DNA of 63,372 bases, counting the filler, from Stramenopiles sp. TOSAG23-3 (taxonomy: Eukaryota), in NCBI GenBank assembly GCA_900128585.1. It is 14 parts of 14 records of this genome, joined end to end, with 100 filler letters (N's around TTAATTAATTAA, not from the genome) between each part and the next. Parts side by side here need not be neighbours in the genome. Positions count along the whole stretch, not along the records: positions 21,927 to 27,302 come from LT643545.1; positions 27,403 to 32,774 come from LT643546.1; positions 32,875 to 38,244 come from LT643547.1; 11 more parts are not named here. One strand, written 5' to 3'. This document shows, piece by piece, positions 21,928-32,876 of the stretch. The notes below the pieces were generated by a model. The model ran no database searches. It was not told the origin of the DNA and saw only the letters and a list, made by a program, of their open reading frames with translations. The position numbers and the translations under genes are program-made. Each line of letters opens with the position of its first letter. Positions within the stretch are counted from its first letter, which is position 1.

Positions 21928-23814
21928 CAATTTTGCAACCCCATCGACTGCTCAGGCCATGGAGAGTGCAAGCCGGAGGCCATGAAATGCGTGTGCGAAT
22001 CTGGCTGGGCCGGGGAAGGATGTGGTGTGTCACTGTGCCCCAAAGCCTGTAACGGTCGGGGAACTTGCCAACCCGTTCTGGGGGGCAAGAAAGGCTTGTG
22101 TGAATGCAACAAAGGCTACAGTGGAGCCGCCTGTGACGTCAGCTATTGTGGAGAAAACGGGGCGTGTTCCAACCATGGCCAGTGTGATCACACCAACATG
22201 ATCTGCGCTTGTTCCCGTGGATTCAACGGTCCTCACTGCAACCATACTTACTGTGGTAGTGACGGACTTTGCAGTAACCATGGGATCTGCAATTCCAAGA
22301 ACGCGCGATGCGATTGCCATCCAGGATACGATGGGGAATTGTGCAGTCACAAAGTGACTCTGGCTGCTGCCCCAGCAGGCCCGCAAACGTCCGACTCGAT
22401 CATTCCTCTTGTCCAATCCAAGAAAATGAGCAACTTGTCGTCCGAGGCCACCGATGCCATGCAGCACGCTGTCGAAGACACTGCCATTCAACTATTCGAG
22501 CAGTACCCCAAGCGCGCCGAAGAAGTTTCTGAAGTCGCCACTCGTGCCGCGGACGGAAACTACATGGTTGCAAAGAAATTCGGCGATACGCTAATGGCAG
22601 TTGCCGCTGATCTGGTTCTTCAGAGCTGCGACTATCATTGTATGCTGAAAGACGCGAAGGTTTCCAAAATTAATGAAATTTTGACTTTAATTGTTAACGC
22701 TGACAAACTCCTCAGTGCAGAAATGGACAGAAAGCAGGTTAAGACTGCCCTCCTTCAACTGTCGCTTCAAACCGAGTTAAAATGGAAATCTGTGAAAGCG
22801 GACGACCAAACACGAAAACTAGCCTCGTACGCCTATAAGGAGTACGAGTTGAGCTTCAAGGCTGCTACTCAGCTCATCAAGCAATCGGTTACGTTGATGA
22901 ACGAAGTTGCAACGTACACCAAAGCGACTCCAGTGAGCGAGGGAGCGCTGTCCTTGATGGCGTTGGCATCTACTGATATGCAAATGAACAAAGCGCGTAC
23001 AATGGTAGAAGAGGCGTTGTTGAAGAAAAATTCGAAGAAGGCGTTCCCAGCCTTGACGGACGATATTGCCCAGGAAGTTGCAGCAAAAGCTTTGATATCA
23101 GCCGATGTAGACGACAAGTTGGCAATTTCAAAAGTTATGAGCAATGCAATTGCCATGGCAACCAAGATTGTAACGACTTCGAAAGCCCACTCTTTTTATA
23201 GAGGAATTGATGATGGTGCCCCCGATGTGAGCGATGTTGACGCTGCGTTCAAGTTTCTGAAACAACACGAAGGAGACGAGAAAGAAGCCTTGGCAGCCAT
23301 GAAAGCTGACGGCGTTGTCCGAGAAGCCAAGGAATCTGGGCGAAACATGACGGTTCAAGAAGCCGTAGACGCAGTGAAAATGTCAAACGGCAACTTCAAC
23401 ACAGCGTTGAGAGGTTTGGGATTGCGCGGTAAAGATTCGGGAAAGACTTGCCCTAACAATTGCAATGGACATGGAAAATGTGACAAGGGTGTTTGTATGT
23501 GTGACAAGGGTTTCCAAGGTACCCACGATTGTAAGAAACCTGTAGAGTCACAAAAAGAATGCTTCACTTGCTGTGCATACGAAGGTCTTGATAGTTGCAA
23601 ACATTTATTTAGCGAAGCGCACACCGATGAATACGACGCGTGTTACAAGGGTGTTACGGACAAATGTGTGAATAAATGTACTTCTGGAGATAAAATGCAA
23701 CAATCGTCCTGTGCGCATACTCTTGCGCGACTAAAGGATGCTGGGGCAGAAAAGAAGCTCACGCCGGGAATCACCAAGCTGGTATCACAGCTAGAGGCTT
23801 CTCGTCAATTTTGA
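21928..23814 (+). CDS. Tenascin-type EGF-repeat protein, 5' truncated
   Basis: Four CSxHGxC...CxCxxG(Y/F/W)xGxxC repeats, helical middle, a fifth EGF and a Cys-rich C-terminal domain. Confidence 0.85.
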   Translation, partial: QFCNPIDCSGHGECKPEAMKCVCESGWAGEGCGVSLCPKACNGRGTCQPVLGGKKGLCECNKGYSGAACDVSYCGENGACSNHGQCDHTNMICACSRGFNGPHCNHTYCGSDGLCSNHGICNSKNARCDCHPGYDGELCSHKVTLAAAPAGPQTSDSIIPLVQSKKMSNLSSEATDAMQHAVEDTAIQLFEQYPKRAEEVSEVATRAADGNYMVAKKFGDTLMAVAADLVLQSCDYHCMLKDAKVSKINEILTLIVNADKLLSAEMDRKQVKTALLQLSLQTELKWKSVKADDQTRKLASYAYKEYELSFKAATQLIKQSVTLMNEVATYTKATPVSEGALSLMALASTDMQMNKARTMVEEALLKKNSKKAFPALTDDIAQEVAAKALISADVDDKLAISKVMSNAIAMATKIVTTSKAHSFYRGIDDGAPDVSDVDAAFKFLKQHEGDEKEALAAMKADGVVREAKESGRNMTVQEAVDAVKMSNGNFNTALRGLGLRGKDSGKTCPNNCNGHGKCDKGVCMCDKGFQGTHDCKKPVESQKECFTCCAYEGLDSCKHLFSEAHTDEYDACYKGVTDKCVNKCTSGDKMQQSSCAHTLARLKDAGAEKKLTPGITKLVSQLEASRQF

Positions 23815-23926
23815 AGAACTCGCAGGTTTAGGAAAGTAGTGTAACAACTTGTTGCTCTAAAAATATATAAAAAATTAATAGTGTTTTAAAAATAATTGAA
23901 GAAACTGTAACTTTACCAAAGATTAT

Positions 23927-24922
23927 TCACGGGCCTAAAAGCATGAGTGCCAGCAATCCCATCCTGACGTACATGCCATTTTCCATCTGTCGAAAGTAAG
24001 CTGCTCGTGGATCCGAGTCGACGTCTTTGTCAATCTCGCCGACACGAGGTAATGGGTGCATAACGATCATATTTTTCTTTGCTTGTCCTCGAAGTAGAAC
24101 TTGTTTGGATATTCCAAATGAGCCATGCAGTTTGCTATATTCCTCTGGGTCTGCAAACCGTTCCTTCTGAAGCCTCGTAACGTACAATACGTCTGCTAGA
24201 TTTAGTACTTCCTCCAAATTACTCTCTTCTGAAAATGTAATGCCGCCCGATGACTTCCCGAGAACATCTTTCACTTCATCGGGCATTTTTAGTGAATCAG
24301 GAGACACGCAAATAAGACTAATCCCTTCAAAATTTGCCAACAAACGAGCTAATGAGTGCACAGTTCTACCATTTTTCAAATCTCCTAGCATCACGATAGT
24401 CAAATTGTTAATCGTACCCAACTCGGATTGTATTGTGAACAAGTCCAGCAGAGCTTGAGTAGGGTGCTCGCCTGTTCCATCTCCGGCGTTAAGTAGAGGC
24501 TTCGTTAAATACGGGACGACAGATGGCACGCTACCCTTGATGGGATGCCTTACCGCGCAAATATCTGCATAACATTCTAAGCAGCGAAGGGTGTCGTCCA
24601 GGGTTTCTCCTTTTTTCGATGATGATGATCCTGGAAGCACACGCACTACCTGTCCCCCGAGACGATACATGGCGCTTTCAAACGAGCACATAGTCCGTGT
24701 CGAGGGCTCAAAGAATATGTTGGACAAGATATAACCCTTCAATAAGTCGCAACCCTTGACCCCCTTGACCATTTCCTTCATGGTTCTCGATACCGCAAAC
24801 AGCTCATCGATTTTTTCGCAGGAAAATTGTTCTACAGAAATCAGTTTAAGGCCTCGCCATTCTGTCTTACAACTTGCAATTTGTTCTTCAAGCTTCTTTC
24901 CATAATCTTCACGGCTGCTCAT
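23927..24922 (-). CDS. pyrB: Aspartate carbamoyltransferase, monofunctional
   Basis: FFEPSTRT, KGETLDDT, NAGDGTGEHPTQALLD, GDLKNGRTVHSL, MHPLPR. Confidence 0.97.
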   Translation of the reverse strand: MSSREDYGKKLEEQIASCKTEWRGLKLISVEQFSCEKIDELFAVSRTMKEMVKGVKGCDLLKGYILSNIFFEPSTRTMCSFESAMYRLGGQVVRVLPGSSSSKKGETLDDTLRCLECYADICAVRHPIKGSVPSVVPYLTKPLLNAGDGTGEHPTQALLDLFTIQSELGTINNLTIVMLGDLKNGRTVHSLARLLANFEGISLICVSPDSLKMPDEVKDVLGKSSGGITFSEESNLEEVLNLADVLYVTRLQKERFADPEEYSKLHGSFGISKQVLLRGQAKKNMIVMHPLPRVGEIDKDVDSDPRAAYFRQMENGMYVRMGLLALMLLGP

Positions 24923-25863
24923 TATTTCTGTCTTTGCTAGGGGGGTGGAATGAAATTTTGGAAACGGCGGTTCTTTTTGTTAAATTCTTCGTCGCTTAGA
25001 AAAATGATATGCTATGCTTATTGTTGGTGTGAAGTTTTCTACTTCGAGCAATGCAACATGTACTCCTTGACTCAGCTAGAACTATTACGCATTAAATTGA
25101 ACAGAACCTGTTTTGTTTTGTTTCTGGTTGTGGTGGTGCATCATGCCTGCCGTCCTCCTCTTTTTATTATTATTATATTATTATTATTTTTCTTCACCTG
25201 TTGTTGCCTGTTGTTGTTGCTGTACATTAATATTACCAAGTGGTGTAGTACATTAGCCAAATAATAGTGACATTTTTTTGTCGATTAATAGCCTCCCGTT
25301 TGGTTTGGGCGAGTCCCTCCCTCCTCCAGAGCTGGCTTAACTCAGAGGAAACAGAGACTGATATAATAGAAAAGGCGCATTTTTTTCGCGCCAGATTTTC
25401 TTTTCGCTTTCTTCTCTGCTGATGATGATTTTGTTGATATTTTCAACATATACACACACCGTAGAAAAAATTAGATCCATCTCAGAATTCAGAATTGGCT
25501 GGTATTAATATACCGTACTCTACCGCCTATATATTATATAATAATATGCCGTAGTACGGTAATATAGCACCAGTAAAAAAAATAGATTTGCTTAATTAAT
25601 AATATTATATTATTCAATTATAATAATAATTAATAATATGTTTTAAATTATATATTAACTACTAAGCAAATGTTTCAACAAACAACAAAAACACAAATCT
25701 TTTGCATCGTGCGTGCTTTATTGTTGCGATAACATATTTGCATTTAATCGGTTGCAGAGAGAGTGCATTTAGAGAAGAAGCATACATGAAACATTCAGAA
25801 TAATTGTAATGAAAACCGAGTGTAGGTACGCCTTTCCATAAAAGAAATATACACTACAGTGAG

Positions 25864-27006
25864 ATGAGCAGAGAGAACAAACGTGCCACCAGACCTCCCC
25901 TTGTTGGGTGGAAGGCGCGAAGGAAGGAGCTCTATACGCCAACATTTTCTGTGTTTGACGCCGCGCTTCCCGAAATGGGGGGAGGGTACTGGGGCATAAA
26001 GGAAAAGGAACTTATAAATGGACCATTTCTTGGCCAGAATGGCTGTGTACGCTGCTGCAAACAATTATGCCTTGGAACTTTTGTAGAAACTGCCGCGGAA
26101 ACTCGCACCCTGACTATGCATTTGTCTTCCTTGCAACGCCGATGCAACAGTGAGGCAGAAATGTTGTAAGTAAACTTACATCCTTTTGCCCATTTTTATG
26201 TGTTGTTTCTCTAACACTGATTTCAACATTTTCTTAGTGGCAAAGGTAGCTTTTCCTCTACCTCGAAAGTCCCATTTCTTATCAAGTACGGCTGCCCATG
26301 TGGAAATTGCAGGTTTAACGTGACCTTTTGTCGGTTCAAGGTCAAAGACTTTCTTGCGAGCTTTCCTCACCTTAAACACCCAAGCCTTTGTATGTACGAC
26401 GGAGACGATGAATTGTTTTTTTGTGAATCTTTACGTTACCATACCTGCGCTTTCTCAACATGTAAAAGATTGAGGTTCAAACACGCTTGTGAGAGAAAAG
26501 TAAAAGTAACAGGCCCACAAAGCTTTAAGACACCATCTGCAAAATCCACTCTACCATCTGCAAAATCCACTCTAGCCGTCGTGATCCCCATGATGAACCT
26601 GTACCCTGTTGTGAAAAAAATGCTTTTAGGGGATCCGAGCGTAAGCATCGAAAGTCTTTTCACTGTTTGTTCGATCGTCTTTGGGATTGAACAGATTGAT
26701 ACTGATCTTCACAGGGATCAGATTTGCCGGGCTGTCAAACTATTTAAAAAAGAACATCACGGGCAACCACAGCCTGGGGGAGTTATTTGTCAACAAGGAA
26801 AGCAAAATAGTGGTTCGGGTGCGTTGGTGAAAACGGGTGGCATGATCACACCAATAAAAGCGAGGGCATTAGAGAAAAACCCAGTTGATGCTAAGCACAA
26901 ACGGACTCGGCCGCGACCTCACAGGAGTAATCTTCGGCCTAACAAACGCCTCAAGTCGAGGTCTTCTTTCACGAAAAAACTTCTGCCGCCAGACCAAGAT
27001 TTATAA
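25864..27006 (+). CDS. Orphan Cys/Lys-rich protein, possibly spliced join(25864..26165,26313..27006)
   Basis: Two same-frame ORFs linkable by a GTAAGT...TGCAG intron of 147 nt; 21-bp duplication (PSAKSTL x2); no recognised domain. Confidence 0.35.
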
Positions 27007-27249
27007 AAAAAAAAAGAAACAAGAATTTTGGTTTGGCTTTTGAAAATTGGCTGTTATTTTTGTAATAAAAAATTTAATAATGTACACTGCGAACTGAGAT
27101 CTCTAATACTGTTGTTTTCTTTTTAAAAACAAAAAATTTGGCTGTGTGTTTTTTTAGCAATATTTTAAATTTTCATAAAACCCTTTATAAATCAAAAAAT
27201 ATAAAAAGATGATTGACGACAACCATCAATGAGACGAAATTACAGAACC

Positions 27250-27302
27250 AATTTAGGATTAGGGTACGACGAAGCTAAATTTAATTACTTAAATAACAGC
27301 CA
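27250..27302 (-). repeat. Copy of the dispersed repeat seen near 16787-16875
   Basis: Reverse complement reads tggctgttatttaagtaattaaatttagcttcgtcgtaccctaatcctaa. Confidence 0.85.
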
Positions 27303-27402
27303 NNNNNNNNNNNNNNNNNNNNNNNNNNNNNNNNNNNNNNNNNNNNTTAATTAATTAANNNNNNNNNNNNNNNNNNNNNNNNNNNNNNNNNNNNNNNNNN
27401 NN

Positions 27403-28059
27403 CAAAGTGTGCGACCCACGAAATTCATGAACGCCACCATGAACCGGGACGAAGTTGAAACGGTTCGGAGAATTCTAGGAAATATTAACCGCAGCGGGAG
27501 GCTTTCCGCCATCCACGAGGACGGGACGTTGGTTTTTAGTTCAGGAGAGACGCAGGCCCTTCCATGGAGCGACGATGTGGCTACTACGTTTGTGCATTGT
27601 TCATGCGGTGCATTTAATTTTTCCGCGTCCTCAGCCGAGTCTCGGCCTCCAGTGTTCGGGGAAGGGAAGGAAAAGAGTCAAGTGATAACCATCCAGGAGG
27701 TCTTTCAGTACCCTGGATTTTGTTTCAACGGTAGTCTCATTGCTAAGCTGGAGTGTGATGAAACACTGACCACAAAGGAGAAGAACGCCATGTGCGAACT
27801 GCCTACCATGGAAGCGAAGGCGAAGCCAAGCAAGGCACCGCTCGGCCCCTCTGCCGGATCAATCGGCGCACTTCATATTGGCCATCCGCTGTGCGTGAGC
27901 TCAAGGAACGCCTTGCGGTGGTACGAGCATGGCCTTGGAGAATGGCTTCACAATCACCGGTTGTATAGTCTGACCATGAACAAGTACAGTGTCCAGGAGG
28001 GCAAGAAAATGGTTCAGAAAAATGTGGATGCGTTCGCTGTTCTTGAGAATGCACAGTAG
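27403..28059 (+). CDS. C-terminal part of an NAD(P)/FAD-dependent oxidoreductase-like protein (bacterial-type family)
   Basis: PTKFMNAT..RDEVETVRRI...GRLSAI...FVHCS...PPVF...ITIQ...CFNGSLIAKLE...EKNAMC pattern, recognised from memory. Confidence 0.55.
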   Translation, partial: QSVRPTKFMNATMNRDEVETVRRILGNINRSGRLSAIHEDGTLVFSSGETQALPWSDDVATTFVHCSCGAFNFSASSAESRPPVFGEGKEKSQVITIQEVFQYPGFCFNGSLIAKLECDETLTTKEKNAMCELPTMEAKAKPSKAPLGPSAGSIGALHIGHPLCVSSRNALRWYEHGLGEWLHNHRLYSLTMNKYSVQEGKKMVQKNVDAFAVLENAQ

Positions 28060-28999
28060 GATTAATATGGGAGTGTAAAGAATTAATATATATTAGTACA
28101 CCTGTACATAAAATATAATTTTGGAAAAAAGAAAAAAAGAAAGAAGAAGTTGTTCTCTTCCTCCGTTGTTAAAATACTATAACCTAATGATAACTCTAAT
28201 TCTTTTTTTAATTATTATATATATAGACACTATAGAAGTATCATATTTATATTTGAAAAATCATCCTTCTTTTACTTCTTTTACTTCTTTTACTTCTTTT
28301 AAGCTGGAAAGAAGAAAGAAAGGCAAGAGAAGCCACCAATTAATACAATTAAGGGTATGTGTCAATATAGGGATAAAATGGTATAAAACCCTTTGTTATG
28401 ATAAAGCCATTGTCTCTTTGTATGGATTTAGATGAAATCATCATTTCTCAATAAAATTTAAAATATTAATAATAATAATAAATAAAATAGAAGTAAAAGT
28501 TTAATCGTTGGTTATTTGGTCTCCCTATTATCCTTGTTTACCTTCTTCCCTTCTTCCGTCCGAGCCAATCGATCTTCAAACAAAAGAAGAGAAGAAGAAA
28601 AAAGAAGCAAGCAAGGAAGGAAGGAAGGAAGGAAGAAGGAAGAGAAGAAAAAATTATTATTATTTTTTTTTGAAAAAAAAATAAAATATTACAGTAAATA
28701 ATAATAATAAATAATAATAATTATTACAGTAAAATAAATAAATAAAAAAACATTTCCCTCCGCCCGCCGCCCGCTTATCTTACTTCATATTTCATCAAAA
28801 TAGTAGATGATTAGTCGTCTACCAATTTGTTTCCTATTCTATTGTTTCGATAGCTTTTGTGCATGTTCAAGTCAACCCGTTCAAAGTGAGTCCAGTTAGA
28901 TTAGTCTCGGTTAGCCTGGCCTGCTTTTTGTTGTTGTTGTTGTTTCGTTATATTTATATTTGTTTTTGTAACTGCTCGTAGAGTTCGATAATTATTGTC

Positions 29000-29401
29000 A
29001 TGGATTTAATTACCGATACTAGACCCTTTTTGCCTGGAACTGCAAGTCTGATCGAGTCTTTGGATCGTCGTGTTATCCTTGTTCTTCGCGACGGGAAACA
29101 CTTGGTCGGAACCATTCGTTCGTTCGATCAGTACTCAAACATGGTCCTGGAGGACTCGTTCGAGAGAGTTATTGTTGGCAAGAAGTATAGCGACATACCC
29201 TTAGGCCTTTACATAGTCCGCGGGGACAACATGGTATTGTGCGGAGAAATCGACGAAGATCTGGAAGAGTCTGGGGACTATGGAATGGAGAAAGTAGAGT
29301 TTGGAACCGAAGAGTGCAACGAACTGAGGCTTGCCAAGGCCGAAGCGGACCAGGCCGCGAAGGAGAAGGGGGACAAGAAGACCCTCTGGAACTTTGACTA
29401 G
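29000..29401 (+). CDS. LSM1: Sm-like protein LSm1
   Basis: TASLIESLDRRVILVLRDGKHLVGTIRSFDQYSNMVL...GLYIVRGDNMVLCGEID. Confidence 0.95.
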   Translation: MDLITDTRPFLPGTASLIESLDRRVILVLRDGKHLVGTIRSFDQYSNMVLEDSFERVIVGKKYSDIPLGLYIVRGDNMVLCGEIDEDLEESGDYGMEKVEFGTEECNELRLAKAEADQAAKEKGDKKTLWNFD

Positions 29402-29625
29402 TCCCCGCGGAGTGGCCGGGCCGGGTGGAGAGGTCACGCGTGGTTGCCCGGTGCTGAGGCCTCGCACGGTGCGTTATGATATATATACATTAAAACGTTA
29501 AGATCTTACGAGAAAGCGAGTACTATTTTGTGATCTAGTTCTTTACATTTTCAGCCAGGGCAAATTTAATGTTTGCGGTTCACCCACTGTGTCTTCATAA
29601 TGTCTTCTAAAATTTACTTTCTGCT

Positions 29626-32145
29626 TCAAAGCTTCCCACCACGAAGGGCACCCTCCAACAATTCTTTCATGCTTTTCGAAGCATCCCGTGACGAGGACGC
29701 GCCGCTCCCTTTCTTTTCCTTCCCTGCCCCCGCGTCCCCCAAAAGCCTTTGGTCCAGTACGTACTTTGCTTCAGAGATTTCGAAAATCTTCTCGTCGACG
29801 GTGCTTTTGCACACGAGGCGGTACACGCTGACGGGTTTCGTTTGACCAATCCGGTGGACTCGGTCGACGGCCTGGCGATCTATCTGGGGGTTGAAATCAA
29901 TGTCGTGCAAGATGACCGTGTCCGCGGAGGTCAAGTTGATGCCCAGCCCGCCGGCGCGCGTCGACAGCAAAAACACAGGGTACTTTTTCGGCTCGTTGTT
30001 GAATGTGTCGATCAGCTCTTGACGTTCGCTGACGGTCGTGCTCCCGTCCAGGCGGAGAAAGAACAGCCCCAGGTTTTCCATCAAAAGCTCCAGGATGTCC
30101 ATGATGGACGTCCACTGGGAAAAAATGAGCATTCGGTGGCCCTCGCTCACCAGCTTCGGGAGCAACGTCTCCAAGTATTGAAACTTGCTGCTGTTCAGCA
30201 AGACCTCGTCGGGCAAGACCCAGGAGGCCATCGTGTCGGACACGGCCGTGTACTCTTGGCAAAGGCCGTGGATGTGGAAGTCGTTGTAGTCGCTCGCCAA
30301 GTACTCCTTGACCCGCGCTTTGGTGGATTGGTTGCCAAAGATCTGGTACCGCCACGCAATGTCCGCGAGCTGGTCCATTCGGTCAAGGTACAGCTTGTGC
30401 AGCAGGAGTGGGTGGTTCGCGGCCTTGCGCAACTCTGCGAACATACTGGAGATGGACTTGGAGTTCTTAATGTTGGCGCGCTGCTTCGAAATCTCGTCGA
30501 GCATCCAGTTGTAGGCGCCCTTGTGGCTCTCGGTCAATGGGAGGAAGACGGTCTCTTCCTTCTTCGGGGGCATGTCCTTCATCACCTCGGACTTCAAGCG
30601 CCGAAGAATGAAGGCGTCGATGATCGCCCGGACCTCCTTCACGATCCTGCTCTGGGACGCGTCCTGGGTCTTGTCTCGGGCATCGTACCGCTTCTCGAAG
30701 TAGGACACGAACGCATTGGCCATGTGCTTTTTGCTCTTGGACTTGAACATCCCGGGCATCGCGAACCGGATCATCGCGAGAAGCTCCTTCATGTTGTTCT
30801 GGACGGGCGTTCCGCTCAGCAAAAGCCTGTTGTTGGCCACCAGCCGGTCTAAATTTCTGAAACGCCTGCTTTCCGAGTTCTTCAGGCTGTGCGCCTCGTC
30901 GCACACCACGTACTCAAAGTGAAACTTTCCCAAGAAGGCCCGGTCGTCGTAGCACGACTCCCTCTCAAAAATGCTGTACGTCGACAAGAGGACGTCGATC
31001 TCGCCCCGGGCCGCCCGGCTCCCGAACTCCGAGCGAAACTGCTGGCGCTCGGCTTGGGTCCCGTAGTAGCTGAACAGCCGAAGGCCCGGCGCCCAGCGGT
31101 TGAACTCCCTGGCCCAGTTGTCCTTCGTGCTCGCCGGGATCACGATCAGGTGGGGCCCTCGGACATTCTCCTTCTCCATCAAATAGACCAGCATGGCGAT
31201 GGCCTGCACGGTCTTCCCCAGGCCCATCTCGTCCGCCAATATCCCGTTCGTGCTGTGCTTGCGGAGCTGAATCAACCAGTTCAGCCCTGTCAGCTGGTAC
31301 CCTTTGAGGGCAAACTGCCCCGGGAAGAACGCCGCCGCCTCCTTGGCGCCGATGACCTGGGAGGCCCCTTTCTTCTGCGTGCCATCGTACATCATTTGCA
31401 GCGTCTTTCGAATGCTCTGCCCGATCTTTTTGCAGTCTTTCATCAGCGCCCGGGCCCGCTTCTCCTCCATCCTGTCCCTCGCCGCGTCCTCCTCGTCGAA
31501 TTCTTCGTCCTGGTCGCCCCCATGGTCGCTCTCGTCCGAGGAGGAGCTCATTTCGGACTCTCCGCTGACGTCGGTCTCCTCCTCGCTGCTGCCAAACTCG
31601 GCAAGCTCTTCCTCGTTCTCGGACTCGCCATCGTCGCTGCCCTGCGACGCTTCGTCTTCGTCGTCCTCCACGACGAAATCCGACATGCCCGGCGAGCGTT
31701 TGCTGAGCGTCTCCTTGACCGCCCGCCTCGCCCCCACGGCGGCCGCGCGCCTGGGCCTTGCGCTGGCCGTTCGGCCGTTTTTGGGGAGCAAGGCAGCAGC
31801 CTGCTTGTGTGTCAGGTCCCCGTTGTCCACCATCGCTTGCAAGTCAGTCGTCAGCGTTTTCTTTTTCTTGGCTTTCGGCTTCACCTCGTAGTCGCTGTCG
31901 TCGTCGGACCCGTTCCGCTTCTTGTACGCCCGCTTCTTCCCCCCCGCCCCGGCCGGTTTTTTCTTTCTCCCCGTGCCAGCGTCGCCGTCGTCGCTACTGC
32001 TGTTGCCCCCTGTCAGGTCAATCTTGGCGCTGCCTTTCCCCGACCCCCCGCTGGACGCGCTGCTCGTCGTCCGCTTTATCCACCCCGTGCTGCCACCCCC
32101 CAAGCCTCCCAAGGTCGTTGCTGGGGCGGGCACGGCCACGTTCTC

Positions 32146-32178
<33 letters not shown>

Positions 32179-32331
32179 CAACACGATGACGTGTTTCTTC
32201 TTTTTCACAAAAAGGCTCTTTTTCGGCGTAAAGTCTTCCTCGTCCGACGACGACAGCGAAGACTGCAAGTTTCGGTTCAAAAGCGGCATGGCCGAGGACG
32301 GCGTATTCTCTTGTTTCCCGTCCAACGACAT
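29626..32331 (-). CDS. SMARCAD1: SNF2-family chromatin remodeller, SMARCAD1/Fun30-like
   Basis: ILADEMGLGKT, DEAH, LSGTPVQNN, LRKAANHPLL, NDFHIHGLC, FLLSTRAGGLGINLT, HDIDFNPQIDRQA; start at 32331 or 32289. Confidence 0.88.
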
Positions 32332-32876
32332 CCACGAGGATAGAAGAAAGAAAGGACAGCGCGAAAGCAAAGCAAACACGAACAAACACAAAAACAATTC
32401 CTCCCACTACGGCTATGAAACGGTAGAAAGTCTAATTCAAATAACCGTTGTTGACTAAAAAGTAAGAAGATTTATAGTAAAACAAATGTAATTTTGTCTA
32501 AATGGAAGAAAGATAGGAAGGAATGGTTTCTGTTTCTCCTCTTTTCTTCTTTCTTTCTTTCGACTCTTTCTTTCTTTCTTTCGTCGTACTTTCTGAATTA
32601 AATACTCTACAGTACACAATAATAGGGGAATATAATAGATAGATAACAATATTAAAATTCAGAACAACAAAGAAGAAAGAAAGAAAGAAGTGATGCAAAT
32701 AATCCACCTACAATTAAGGATATATTTCTATATGTGATTTTATATGCTATGTGTATATAAAAGAGGTATATTTCNNNNNNNNNNNNNNNNNNNNNNNNNN
32801 NNNNNNNNNNNNNNNNNNTTAATTAATTAANNNNNNNNNNNNNNNNNNNNNNNNNNNNNNNNNNNNNNNNNNNNCT

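Noticed and set aside
29401..29475. GC-rich stretch after LSM1 as tRNA or structured RNA
   Set aside because: No cloverleaf or T-loop consensus; probably 3' UTR
29749..32343. Long + strand ORFs (367 and 484 aa) opposite SMARCAD1
   Set aside because: In-register antisense shadows of a high-GC3 gene
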